From assembly GCA_026014805.1 (NCBI GenBank), contig JAOZHR010000016.1, positions 27,283 through 91,282 of the forward strand: DNA of 64,000 nt. Direction: 5' to 3'. The notes under the pieces were generated by a model, which saw nothing but the letters and a program-made list of their open reading frames with translations, had not been told where the DNA came from and did no database searches. This stretch comes from Candidatus Bathyarchaeota archaeon (lineage in GTDB: Archaea > Thermoproteota > Bathyarchaeia > Bathyarchaeales > SOJC01). The position numbers and the translations under genes were made by a program. Shown piece after piece: positions 54,244-63,966 of the stretch (the stretch's first letter is position 1; the number at the start of each line of letters is the position of its first letter).

Positions 54244-55266
54244 TCATGAGCTGACGCGGAACTCAGCGCGTGGAGACTTCCATGGTGTATCAGCTTTGAA
54301 AAATCTATCTCCTAAAAGAGGATTCCACCACCATTTGTTACTTTTATACCAATCAAGCGTTTTTTCTAGACCTCTAGAGAATGCGAACGTTGCTTTCCAG
54401 CCAAGAGCTCCTATTTTAGTAATATTAAGTGAATATCTACGATCATGACCTGGTCTGTCGGGTACGTGTTTTATTAAGCCCTCTGATCTATTCAACATTC
54501 TCAAAATCTTCATTACGATTTCAATGTTCATGAGTTCCTCGCTCGAAGCGATGTTGTATATTTCTCCATCTTTTCCTTTTTGAGCCACTAAATCTATAGC
54601 CGCGCAGTTGTCTGTGACATAAAGCCAATCTCTTACCTGTCTCCCGTCACCATAGATGGGTAGAGGTTGGTTGTGGAGGGCGCGCAGTATTAGCTTGGGG
54701 ATTAGTTTTTCGGGGTATTGGAATGGTCCGTAATTGTTGGAGCTGCGGGTGACAATCACTGGGAGTCCGTATGTTTTATGGAAGGCCAAGGCAATGTGAT
54801 CGCCTGAGGCTTTGCTTGCAGAGTAGGGACTGGATGGGTCTAGAATGTCTGTTTCTTTGAAAGATCCGTTCTTTATGCTGCCGTAGACTTCGTCGGTGGA
54901 AATTTGCACAAATCTTTTGACTTCGAATCTTCTTGCGGCGTCTAGGAGGATGTAAGTTCCGTATGCGTCAGTCAAAACAAAGGAACCTGCCTCTGCAACA
55001 CTTCTATCAACGTGGGTTTCAGCCGCGAAATTTATTATCAAGTCAAATTTCTCTTTCACTAAGGGCTCTACTGCTTTTCTGTCTCGAATATCTCCGTGAA
55101 TGAATCTGTAACGTGAATCGTCTTTTACATCTTGCAAATTTTCAAGTCTACCCGCGTAGGTAAGCAGGTCAAAATTGACGATTTCTATGTCTTCATGGTT
55201 TGATAACATGTGTCTTGTGAAGTTGCTGCCGATGAAGCCTGCTCCGCCTGTAACTAAGACTCTCAT
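54244..55266 (-). CDS. rfbB: dTDP-glucose 4,6-dehydratase
   Basis: MRVLVTGGAGFIGSNFTRHML, ETHVDRS and PYSASKA. Confidence 0.9.
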   Translation of the reverse strand: MRVLVTGGAGFIGSNFTRHMLSNHEDIEIVNFDLLTYAGRLENLQDVKDDSRYRFIHGDIRDRKAVEPLVKEKFDLIINFAAETHVDRSVAEAGSFVLTDAYGTYILLDAARRFEVKRFVQISTDEVYGSIKNGSFKETDILDPSSPYSASKASGDHIALAFHKTYGLPVIVTRSSNNYGPFQYPEKLIPKLILRALHNQPLPIYGDGRQVRDWLYVTDNCAAIDLVAQKGKDGEIYNIASSEELMNIEIVMKILRMLNRSEGLIKHVPDRPGHDRRYSLNITKIGALGWKATFAFSRGLEKTLDWYKSNKWWWNPLLGDRFFKADTPWKSPRAEFRVSS

Positions 55267-55275
55267 TACTCTTTT

Positions 55276-55743
55276 TCACCCGTGTTTTAGCCATGGTGCA
55301 AGTTTCCAGTCATAAGGAATCTTCTCGGTGTCTGGGGGTAATCGGTGTTCGTCTGGTTTCTTGTAGTTGTATAGATTAGTGGGTACATTCATGACGAGGG
55401 CGGTTTCTTCGCCTATTGCTTTGAATCCATGCCAGACTTGGGGCGGTATCTTAACGAGTAGAGGGTTTTTTTCGCCGATGACGAACTCGTTGATTTCTCC
55501 TTTGGTTTTCGAATTTTTTCTGCCATCGCATAGAACGAGTTTAACCATTCCTTTTACGCAGGCTATGTTGTCTGTTTGTTTTTTATGCATGTGCCAAGCC
55601 TTCACCACTTCTGGATAGGCTGCGGTGACGTAGGCTTGGGCGAATTTTTCGAATAATTCCCAGTCGCTTCTGAGGACCTCCATTAACCAGCCTCTTTCAT
55701 CTGCAATTAGCCTCAGTTGCCTTGTAACTACTCCTTCAATCAA
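55276..55743 (-). CDS. rfbC: dTDP-4-dehydrorhamnose 3,5-epimerase family (short cupin form)
   Basis: DERGWLMEV, KAWHMHKKQTD and VWHGF. It sits between rfbB and rfbA. Confidence 0.7.
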   Translation of the reverse strand: MIEGVVTRQLRLIADERGWLMEVLRSDWELFEKFAQAYVTAAYPEVVKAWHMHKKQTDNIACVKGMVKLVLCDGRKNSKTKGEINEFVIGEKNPLLVKIPPQVWHGFKAIGEETALVMNVPTNLYNYKKPDEHRLPPDTEKIPYDWKLAPWLKHG

Positions 55744-55753
55744 TTACAACGCC

Positions 55754-56839
55754 TCACAAAACTATTCTTGAATATTCACCTACAACAAGTCTATAGCCTT
55801 TTGGGCTTTTCTGATTTGTAGTTAACGTTGTCCCAGCTCCTACGAGGCTGTCGGTTATTTTGCCTTCAATTTCCACGTAGCAGTCATCCATGACGATCGA
55901 GTTTTCTATTTCTCCTCTTTCGATTTTTACGTTGTTTCCTATGCTTGTGTAAGGACCTATGTAGACATGTTCTCCTATGATTGCGTTTTTGCCGATTATA
56001 GCAGGCCCCCTCACTAAAGCGCCACGCTTGACGACTGTCTCTTTTCCTATGGATACTCTCCCTTGGATGGAGGATTTTTCTTCAACGATGCCATCTATTT
56101 TCTTTTCAAGGTCGTCAAGGACCAGTTGATTTGCTTCCAGTATGTCTTCCACCGTTCCAGTGTCCTTCCACCATCCTGTTACAAACTTGTAGCCAACTCT
56201 GTATCCTGCATCTAGTAAGCCTTGTAGTGCCTCGGTGATTTCTAGTTCTCCCCTCCAAGAAGACTTCAAACCCTTTATCATTTTGAAAATTACGGGCGTG
56301 AGAAAGTATATTCCAGTGAGAGCGTAGTTGCTTGGTGGTTTTTTCGGTTTTTCAATTAGCTTAACCAGTTTTTCATTTTTGTCAAATTCAGCTACCCCGA
56401 ACTGCCGAGGGTTCTCGACTTCACACAGAAGAATCATTGCATCGTAGTTTGAATTCCTAAATTCTTTCGTATACTCTGCAATCTTACCTTTCAACAAGTT
56501 GTCGCCAAGATACACGATGAAAGGGCTATCGCCAACAAAGTCTTCTGTGAGGCTGACTGCTTGAGCTATTCCACCAGGTTTTTTTTGGTGAATGTAGGTT
56601 GTTTTTACGCCGAACTCTCTGCCGTCCCTGTAGTAGTTTTCGACTTTTTCTGGCAAAATGTCTCCAACTACAATCGCAATCTCGCCTACACCCGAATCTC
56701 TCAAGTCTTCTAAAACATATTGTGACATTGGCTTGTTCGCCACAGGGATTAGCTGTTTTGGACCTGTATGGGTTAGCGGTCTAAGTCTTGTCCCGTGACC
56801 CCCATGCAAGATAATCCCTTTTATTTTGTCTTTGCCCAA
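55754..56839 (-). CDS. rfbA: Glucose-1-phosphate thymidylyltransferase (long archaeal form with a C-terminal beta-helix)
   Basis: GIILHGGHGTRLRPLTHTGPKQLIPVANKPM and C-terminal hexapeptide repeats. Confidence 0.85.
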   Translation of the reverse strand: MGKDKIKGIILHGGHGTRLRPLTHTGPKQLIPVANKPMSQYVLEDLRDSGVGEIAIVVGDILPEKVENYYRDGREFGVKTTYIHQKKPGGIAQAVSLTEDFVGDSPFIVYLGDNLLKGKIAEYTKEFRNSNYDAMILLCEVENPRQFGVAEFDKNEKLVKLIEKPKKPPSNYALTGIYFLTPVIFKMIKGLKSSWRGELEITEALQGLLDAGYRVGYKFVTGWWKDTGTVEDILEANQLVLDDLEKKIDGIVEEKSSIQGRVSIGKETVVKRGALVRGPAIIGKNAIIGEHVYIGPYTSIGNNVKIERGEIENSIVMDDCYVEIEGKITDSLVGAGTTLTTNQKSPKGYRLVVGEYSRIVL

Positions 56840-57717
56840 TTTCTTTTCATCTCCTTCAAACCCTGCGCAACCCCTAAAAGCTCCATATCTATCTTTTTTC
56901 TGACTTTATCTACACATAATGATGAGTCTTTCGGTCTCTTCGCTACCCAAGCTTTCAATTCACTCATCTTAATTGGTTGTATAAAACCCGCATCGAAGTT
57001 AAAGGTTTCAGCAATCTCTAAGGCAAATTCATATCGGCTTATACGCTCACTTCCAGCAGTGTGATATACACCCTCCAGTTTTTTATCGATTATTTCAAGA
57101 ATAACATCAGCCAAGTTTTCAGCAAGAGTTGGAGAATTATAATGGTCTTCCACGACTGTAAGTGGTTTTCCTTCCGTCAAAGTTGCTATCACCCACTTTG
57201 CGAAATTCGGTTTCTCTGGATGCACACCATACAAGACGCTTGTTCTTACAATAACAAAACTTTCGCAAAGCTCTGCAACATATTTTTCTCCCATTAACTT
57301 CGTCAAGCCATAATAGTTAACGGGGTTCGGCTCATCCTCTTCAACGTATAGCCCTTTTTCACCATCAAACACGTAATCGGTTGAAACATAAACGCTTCTA
57401 GCATCCACTTCCTTGCATGTCTCCGCCACAATCTTTGTCCCTTCAGCATTCACCCTAAACGCGTGATCCTTGTTGCTCTCGCATTTGTCAACGTTTGTCT
57501 CCGCGGCTGTGTGGATTACGATGTCTGGCTTAACTTTGCCAAAAACACGTCGCACTTCATCTTCGTCTGTAATGTTCATCTTCAACGAATTCGGGAAAAG
57601 TGGACGCGTTGCATGCGTCGGATAGACTGCATATTTTTTCTCTGCTTTATCAACGATCTTGCTTCCCAAAAGCCCACCTGCACCTGTGACTAGAATCCTC
57701 CATTCTCTATCCTTCAT
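56821..57717 (-). CDS. rfbD: dTDP-4-dehydrorhamnose reductase
   Basis: ILVTGAGGLLGSKI, STDYVFDG and YGLTKLMGE. Confidence 0.85.
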   Translation of the reverse strand: MKDREWRILVTGAGGLLGSKIVDKAEKKYAVYPTHATRPLFPNSLKMNITDEDEVRRVFGKVKPDIVIHTAAETNVDKCESNKDHAFRVNAEGTKIVAETCKEVDARSVYVSTDYVFDGEKGLYVEEDEPNPVNYYGLTKLMGEKYVAELCESFVIVRTSVLYGVHPEKPNFAKWVIATLTEGKPLTVVEDHYNSPTLAENLADVILEIIDKKLEGVYHTAGSERISRYEFALEIAETFNFDAGFIQPIKMSELKAWVAKRPKDSSLCVDKVRKKIDMELLGVAQGLKEMKRNWAKTK

Positions 57718-57757
57718 AAGAAACAGCTTCTACCAATTAACGCGAACCTGCAATTTT

Positions 57758-58525
57758 TCAGCTTATGTAAGTGGTTTTACCTTCTTCGCCCTTACGTATT
57801 TTCCTCGCGTACTTTTCTCTTCGCGCCTCTATCTGCCGCATCTTCTCCAAGATCTTGTCCGATTTTACAATCTCATTATTCAAGTCATCCAAGCTAACGG
57901 TGATTTCCAGCATTTTTTGCAGAATAATGATAATACTCTTAGCGGCTTTAGGGTCTGGAAGATAGCCACGAGTTTCTCCCAAAAGACATAGCGCCGGAAT
58001 ATTTTTGAACTTTGCCATGCCAACGAGCAAGCCTGCTGTTCCCACTATGGGGTTTCCTGGGGGACTGCAAAAGGCGCCTGCTTTAAGGGCTCTGTTTATT
58101 GTCTCGGCGTCTGTGGCGGTGGCAACAACCTTAGGTATCTCACCAGCTTCTTTGCGGTAGCCGCCAACGGTGATTATAGTTTCTACCTTGTTTTTCTTGG
58201 CAAAGTCTAGAATAGTTTCAGCAATTTCGTATTGCCCCTCAATAGTCTGAGCCTGGCTGTCACCAGTGAAAAAAATAACATCATTGCCTTTCGAGTTTTT
58301 CCAGTAGTGAAACTCGCCGCGGAGAAGGCGAACGTTGCCTTTCTTATTTACAATGACGTAATATGGGAAGTGAGGTGAGTGGAGGAGGGCGAATTTTTCA
58401 GCTTTTAACTGCTTAACTAGATAGCGAGTGGCGATTCTACCAACCATTCCTAGGCCTGGGAGCCCTTCAATGAGGACAGGGTTCTTGGGGTTTATTTTGG
58501 ATATATCTTTGATCATTGTTTTCAT
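57758..58525 (-). CDS. PAC2-family proteasome assembly chaperone
   Basis: NPVLIEGLPGLGMVGRIA and its position in the conserved archaeal cluster. Confidence 0.75.
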   Translation of the reverse strand: MKTMIKDISKINPKNPVLIEGLPGLGMVGRIATRYLVKQLKAEKFALLHSPHFPYYVIVNKKGNVRLLRGEFHYWKNSKGNDVIFFTGDSQAQTIEGQYEIAETILDFAKKNKVETIITVGGYRKEAGEIPKVVATATDAETINRALKAGAFCSPPGNPIVGTAGLLVGMAKFKNIPALCLLGETRGYLPDPKAAKSIIIILQKMLEITVSLDDLNNEIVKSDKILEKMRQIEARREKYARKIRKGEEGKTTYIS

Positions 58526-58691
58526 GCGTGTGATCCTTCCTTTTCAGGGCTATGCGGTATTTGGCGTATTTGTCGTTTGGAGAGAATTTTGCGGGGTGGG
58601 GAATGTGGACTTTGCCACCACAGTGAGAGCATTCTTCCGTGTTTAAGGTGTAGCGAATGCATTTTTCGCATTTTCTCAGAAGCCAAACCAT
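58467..58691 (-). CDS. nop10: H/ACA RNP protein Nop10
   Basis: LRKCEKCIRYTLNTEECSHCGGKVHIPHPAKFSPNDKYAKYR. A 22-aa tail overlaps the PAC2 start. Confidence 0.8.
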   Translation of the reverse strand: MVWLLRKCEKCIRYTLNTEECSHCGGKVHIPHPAKFSPNDKYAKYRIALKRKDHTHENNDQRYIQNKPQEPCPH

Positions 58692-59488
58692 TATTTTTCC
58701 CTTTTGAAGCTGCCTTCTCCACCTGCTTTCGAGATTGTTTTTATGGCTGCTTCTGAGGCTTTTTGGATTATGGTCTCGGCTTCTTTGTAGTTTTCAGCTT
58801 CTATCTTTAGGCGGTATTTTGGAGCTGCAATGGTGTAAATGTGGATCCTCGCGGTGTTGGGAGTCGGGGTTTTTTGGGCCGAGTGCAGAGCCTTTTTGAT
58901 TATGTTGACGCCATCAGATTTTGTACTGGTGAGTTGGAGAACTCCATTAATTTCGACTAGTGGAGGGCGTATTTTTTCTTTCGCCAGTTCAGCTAAAGTC
59001 TGGGCGATATTGAGGGGAACGCCAATTTTTATTAATGGTTCAGAGCCTTGACGACTTGCATCTTCGAGAGCCGTGTAGACATCACCGTAGATTTCTTCCA
59101 TGGGGACGACTGCTTTTTCTGTAATCTCCTCAAGAGGTTTGTTGAGTTTTTCAGCCGTAATGCGTAGGAAAGTTTCGGCTTTGCGATCGTGTTTGAAAGT
59201 GTAGATTTTATCTATGCGTTCACGTTTGTTGACACGTTTACGAGAAAGGTCTATGTGCTTCTTATCCGGATCAACTCGAAGGACTTTGAGAACGAGTTTT
59301 TGGCCTTCACGGACATGGTGGCGGATGTTACGAACCCAACTTGTGCTGATTTCGCTTCGATGCAGGAGTCCTTCCTTGTTGCCATATTCCTCGAGGGCGA
59401 CGTAAGCACCATAGTCCATGACCTTTTTGACTGTGGCGAGGACGAGTTCGCCTCTTTCTGGCCATTCGGGTTTTCGGATTATGGACAT
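58691..59488 (-). CDS. eif2a: Translation initiation factor aIF2 alpha subunit
   Basis: S1 domain PERGELVLATVKKVMDYGAYVALEEYGNKEGLLHRSEIS, followed by helical and alpha-beta domains. Confidence 0.9.
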   Translation of the reverse strand: MSIIRKPEWPERGELVLATVKKVMDYGAYVALEEYGNKEGLLHRSEISTSWVRNIRHHVREGQKLVLKVLRVDPDKKHIDLSRKRVNKRERIDKIYTFKHDRKAETFLRITAEKLNKPLEEITEKAVVPMEEIYGDVYTALEDASRQGSEPLIKIGVPLNIAQTLAELAKEKIRPPLVEINGVLQLTSTKSDGVNIIKKALHSAQKTPTPNTARIHIYTIAAPKYRLKIEAENYKEAETIIQKASEAAIKTISKAGGEGSFKREK

Positions 59489-59500
59489 CGTTACGCAGCC

Positions 59501-59701
59501 TCACTCCATTATAGCAGTAATTTCACCGTTGATTTTTGCTTTGCCTCCTGTTGGAGTGGCAAGGGTGATTTTACATATGTTACATTTTACGGTGTTAGTT
59601 GGGTTGCTATAGATGAGTTGTTCGTTGCCGCAATCTGGGCAACGAACGCGGATGAAATAGGATTTAGGCTTAGGAATTAAGGTTTCCCAATCTGTGCTCA
59701 T
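59501..59701 (-). CDS. rps27e: Ribosomal protein S27e
   Basis: FIRVRCPDCGNEQLIYSNPTNTVKCNICKITLATPTGGKA zinc ribbon. Confidence 0.9.
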   Translation of the reverse strand: MSTDWETLIPKPKSYFIRVRCPDCGNEQLIYSNPTNTVKCNICKITLATPTGGKAKINGEITAIME

Positions 59702-59704
59702 TGT

Positions 59705-59989
59705 CTAGGCTTGGCCTCCGATAGTTAATTTTCTCAGGCGAATGCCCTTTTTCTGGATGATAAAGCCACATTTTTTGCACTTAAATTTGAGAGTTTGTTT
59801 TTTGGTTGTTTTGGCAAATTTTTTCTGGAGAGGCCATCCTTGCCCGCCGTAGCCATGTTTTTCTCTTTTATGGCGGCGGGCGCCGACAGCTAGGGCGCGG
59901 CGTTTTCCAGCCTTGTAAAGGCTTACTGAGTGTTCCGTGTGAACTTTACATTTTGGACAGTACGTGTTTATTTTTTTGGGGAAATCCAT
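59705..59989 (-). CDS. rpl44e: Ribosomal protein L44e
   Basis: TYCPKCKVHTEHSVSLYKAGKRRALA...GYGGQ...KCKKCG. Confidence 0.9.
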   Translation of the reverse strand: MDFPKKINTYCPKCKVHTEHSVSLYKAGKRRALAVGARRHKREKHGYGGQGWPLQKKFAKTTKKQTLKFKCKKCGFIIQKKGIRLRKLTIGGQA

Positions 59990-60389
59990 ATTTGTGCACG
60001 CGCGTGCTTGTTGCGTTTAGGTTAAAAACAAAAACCAACCATATAAACATTTAACAACTTATGCCTTATTGGATTTGGTGAGCAAAACAGAAGAATTGAA
60101 AAGTTCTCAAGAGAAAATTTGGGCTATTTATGGACATTAAAAGAACAATTTAAAATCTTTAATCAACGAATCCTATCCGCAGTTTTTCTATTTGATACCT
60201 GCTTGACCAAATAAAATCTGGAAAAGATATGGATGTCACGTGCACATCTTTAAGTCTTAACTATCATTTTCGGAGATTAATAGAATGGCCTAGTCTAAGC
60301 GTCACACATAAACGCCACGACTTACCGAAAATCTTTTTCACCACCATACACATTACAGACATCAAACACAAACAGGAGCATCCAAAACC
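59990..60389. promoter_or_regulatory. 400-bp AT-rich divergent intergenic region (rpl44e <-> dcd)
   Basis: No ORF in the track. There is a perfect 12-nt palindrome GCACGCGCGTGC at about 59996-60007 and a CACGTGCAC element near 60238. The strand composition changes across this region. Confidence 0.35.
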
Positions 60390-60914
60390 ATGTGTATCCT
60401 AGGCAAAGACAAAATCTTCAATCTCATAGAGCAATACCGTATAATCTACCCCTATGATTACCAGCTCCTCGACGGGGATGGCTATGTCCTCACCGTTAAA
60501 GAAGAAACCACCCTTAACTACCTAGAACACCAAAACATCATCAGCTACGAAATAATATTCACACCACCCAACCTCGTAGCCCACCTCACAGCTAAAAGCA
60601 AATACGGGCGCATGGGGCTAAGCTTCCTTAACGCCGCAAAAGTCCACAGCGGCTTCATCGGACGCTTAGCACTAGAAATCGTCAACCTCAATAACAACCG
60701 CAACCCCATCACAATAAAACGAGGCGACCCCTTCATGCACATCGAATTCATAACCCGCGAAGGTGAACCATCCCCCTACACAGGGCCTTATCAATTCCAA
60801 TACCTCACAAAAGAGGAAAAACAAATGTATATCCCCATCCTAAAGAAAGTTTTCCCAAACTATGAAGAATTAGCAAAAAAATGGTTCAAAAACAAGTCAC
60901 CAGCAACCCTCTAA
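60390..60914 (+). CDS. dcd: dCTP deaminase / dUTPase-superfamily protein
   Basis: KSKYGRMGLSFLNAAKVHSGFIGRLALEIVNLNNNRNPITIKRGDPFMHIEF. Confidence 0.75.
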   Translation: MCILGKDKIFNLIEQYRIIYPYDYQLLDGDGYVLTVKEETTLNYLEHQNIISYEIIFTPPNLVAHLTAKSKYGRMGLSFLNAAKVHSGFIGRLALEIVNLNNNRNPITIKRGDPFMHIEFITREGEPSPYTGPYQFQYLTKEEKQMYIPILKKVFPNYEELAKKWFKNKSPATL

Positions 60915-61003
60915 CTGTTTTTCTCGACCCAATTCATATTTTCAATTCATAACAGTCATAACAAACTATCACAACAAACGCTTTAAATATCAGCGAAATC
61001 GCT

Positions 61004-61519
61004 ATGCAGAAGGGAACAGCAGTGAAAGCAAAAAATTACCGTAAAGTAAAAGGTCAAGCTTACACAAGAAAAAAGTATGCCAAAAGCTCACCACCCTCAA
61101 AAATCACCAAGTTCACTATGGGCGACACAAAAACAAAATTCCCAGTCAAAGCCAAGCTAATCTCGCTTGAAAAAGCTCAAATCCGCCACAACGCCCTAGA
61201 AGCAGCAAGAATAGCCTCAAACCGCCATTTATCAACAAAACTGGGAAACAACTACTTCCTACGAATCATGCCTTACCCACACATTATCCTAAGAGAAAAT
61301 AAAATGATCTTCGGCGCCCACGCAGATAGACTGCAAGACGGTATGCGCGGAGCATTCGGCAAACCCATAGGAATAGCAGCACGAGTAAGACCCAATCAGC
61401 CAATAATAGTTGTAGGTATAAACGAAGATTCCATAGAAACTGCAAAACATGCCCTAAAACTCGGCCAAGCAAAGCTCCCAATGCCCTGCCGCATAATAAC
61501 CGAAAAAGTAGGAGACTAA
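61004..61519 (+). CDS. rpl10e: Ribosomal protein L10e (uL16)
   Basis: YTRKKYAKSSPPSKITKFTMGD and FGKPIGIAARV. Confidence 0.9.
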   Translation: MQKGTAVKAKNYRKVKGQAYTRKKYAKSSPPSKITKFTMGDTKTKFPVKAKLISLEKAQIRHNALEAARIASNRHLSTKLGNNYFLRIMPYPHIILRENKMIFGAHADRLQDGMRGAFGKPIGIAARVRPNQPIIVVGINEDSIETAKHALKLGQAKLPMPCRIITEKVGD

Positions 61520-61524
61520 CAGCC

Positions 61525-63966
61525 ATGGGCGACCCAACGGAAGAAAAGCTTGTACTATGGTTTGAAGAATTAACGAAGAGCGATATTCCAACAGCCGGTG
61601 GCAAAAACGCAAACTTGGGGGAAATGATACAAGCAAAGGTTTCCGTCCCCCCAGGATTTGCTATAACAGCCCAAGCGTACAAGAAGTTTATAACCGAAAC
61701 AAACATCGCTCAAAAAATATATCAAATCATTAAAGAAACCATTACTGATACTGATGACCCTAAACAATATCAAGAAGCCTCCAAAAAAATCAGAAAACTC
61801 ATTGAAGCTACAGGAATACCCACAGAAATAGAGGAAGCTATCAAAGCCGCCTATCGAGAATTAAGTGAGAAAACGGATACTACAAACCTCTCTGTGGCTG
61901 TTCGCTCTAGCGCAACCGCTGAAGATTTGCCAGATGCTTCTTTTGCGGGGCAACAAGAAACTTTTCTAAACGTAAAAGGACCAGATGAACTGGTTAAGAA
62001 AACGATTAAATGCTGGTCAAGCCTTTTCACTCCCAGAGCAATTTTCTACCGAACCGAAAAAGGATTCAAACACGAACAAGTCCTCATAAGCGTAGGCGTC
62101 CAAAAAATGGTGAATGCCCGCTCGGCAGGCGTTATGTTTACAATAAACCCTGTGACTGGTGACCGAAGCCAAATAATCATCGAAGGCACTTGGGGCCTCG
62201 GTGAAGCGGTTGTCTCAGGCGCAGAAACTCCCGACCATTTTGTAGTAGACAAACAAACACTCGAAATAATCGGGAGAAAAATAGTGAAAAAAACAGTAGA
62301 GTACGTCCGCAACCTAGAAACTGGAAAAACAGAGAGTGCTGGGGTGCCTTCAGAAAGACAGGACAAACCTTGCATTACCGATGAGGAAATTCATAAATTG
62401 GCTCAACTAGGCAACCAGCTCGACCAGCATTATGGCAAACCTCAAGACGTCGAATGGGCTATGGACCGTGACTTAGTGTTTCCTGAAAACATTTTCATTG
62501 TTCAATCGAGGCCTGAAACCGTTTGGAGCATAAAGGAGAAAGAAAAGGAGCTTGAAGCAACCGCTGCACCAAGGCAACTCTCAGAAATGAAAGTTGTTGT
62601 TAGAGGCATTGCGGCGGGGAGAAGAGATATAGGATTTGGCGTGGCAAAGATTGTTTTCACGCCTGAAGACGCCTCAAAGTTAGTTAAAAAAGGAGACATA
62701 CTTGTTACACCCATGACTAACCCAGATTTTGTGCCTTTCATGAAACTTGCCAGTGCCATAATAACGGATAAAGGCGGCGTCACAGCCCACGCAGCAATTG
62801 TAAGCCGTGAGCTAGGCATTCCGTGCATCGTAGGTACAGAGACAGCAACCAAAGTTATGAAGACAGATGAAGAATATACTGTGGATGCTTGGAACGGTGT
62901 GATTTACGAAGGCATAATACCGAGCCTTGAAGGACCAGCAGCCTCAATGGTCAGCACGGGTTCCATTTCAATGGTTCAATCTGCACCTGTGACTGCCACG
63001 AAGATTTTTATGAACCTTGGAGTTCCAGAAAAAATTGATGACTATAAAGATCTACCTTTTAATGGTATAGGACTTATGCGCATTGAGTTTATTCTCGCCA
63101 GTTACATCCGTGAACATCCACTGTACTTGCTTGAAAAAGGCGAGGGAGACAAGTTCGTCAATAAGCTGGCAGAAGGAATAGCTAGAGTTGCAAGGACAAT
63201 TCAGCCTCGACCAGTGGTTGTTAGGTTTAGTGACTTTAAAACAAATGAATACCGAGATTTGAAGGGGGGCGAAAAATATGAAATCGAAGAAGCCAACCCG
63301 ATGCTTGGTTGGCGAGGAGCAAGCCGCTACATAAGTCAATGGTACGAGGGGGCATTCAGACTGGAGTGTAAAGCTATTCGCAAATGTCGTGAAGAGTGGA
63401 GGCTCAAGAATATCTGGGTCATGCTTCCAGTGATAAGAACCTTGTGGGAAGCCAAGAAATGCCTTGAAATTATGAAAGAGGAAGGGTTGGAAAGTTCTAG
63501 AGACTTTCAAGTATGGTTTATGGCTGAAACTCCTTCCATAGCGATAATGGCAGACAAGTTCTCAAAGCTCTGTGACGCCTTTTCCATAGGCTCAAATGAC
63601 ATGACTCAGGGCATCCTAATGATAGATCGAGATTCCGAAAGACTAGGACAAATGGGCTACTTCGACGAACGAGACCCGGCAATCAAGCGCATAATCGCAC
63701 ACTTGATCAAAGTAGCCCACGAAAATGGAATAACAGTTTCCATCTGTGGGGAAGGCCCCTCAAACCTGCCAGACTTTACTGAATTCCTAGTTCGTTGCGG
63801 TATCGACAGCATCTCCGTAAATAACGACGCCGTGATAAGCACCCGACAGCTGGTTGCAAGTATTGAACAGAAAATCATATTGGAACAAGCAATAGAGAAC
63901 CGGAAACAAGTGCAAGAGAAGGCAAAAAAGAAGGCTTCACAAAGCCCTGAATGGACTCTTGAATAA
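61525..63966 (+). CDS. ppsA: Phosphoenolpyruvate synthase
   Basis: GGKNANLGEM, phospho-His loop TDKGGVTAHAAIVSRELGIPCIVG, and the C-terminal PEP-utilising TIM domain GSNDMTQ. Confidence 0.9.
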   Translation: MGDPTEEKLVLWFEELTKSDIPTAGGKNANLGEMIQAKVSVPPGFAITAQAYKKFITETNIAQKIYQIIKETITDTDDPKQYQEASKKIRKLIEATGIPTEIEEAIKAAYRELSEKTDTTNLSVAVRSSATAEDLPDASFAGQQETFLNVKGPDELVKKTIKCWSSLFTPRAIFYRTEKGFKHEQVLISVGVQKMVNARSAGVMFTINPVTGDRSQIIIEGTWGLGEAVVSGAETPDHFVVDKQTLEIIGRKIVKKTVEYVRNLETGKTESAGVPSERQDKPCITDEEIHKLAQLGNQLDQHYGKPQDVEWAMDRDLVFPENIFIVQSRPETVWSIKEKEKELEATAAPRQLSEMKVVVRGIAAGRRDIGFGVAKIVFTPEDASKLVKKGDILVTPMTNPDFVPFMKLASAIITDKGGVTAHAAIVSRELGIPCIVGTETATKVMKTDEEYTVDAWNGVIYEGIIPSLEGPAASMVSTGSISMVQSAPVTATKIFMNLGVPEKIDDYKDLPFNGIGLMRIEFILASYIREHPLYLLEKGEGDKFVNKLAEGIARVARTIQPRPVVVRFSDFKTNEYRDLKGGEKYEIEEANPMLGWRGASRYISQWYEGAFRLECKAIRKCREEWRLKNIWVMLPVIRTLWEAKKCLEIMKEEGLESSRDFQVWFMAETPSIAIMADKFSKLCDAFSIGSNDMTQGILMIDRDSERLGQMGYFDERDPAIKRIIAHLIKVAHENGITVSICGEGPSNLPDFTEFLVRCGIDSISVNNDAVISTRQLVASIEQKIILEQAIENRKQVQEKAKKKASQSPEWTLE

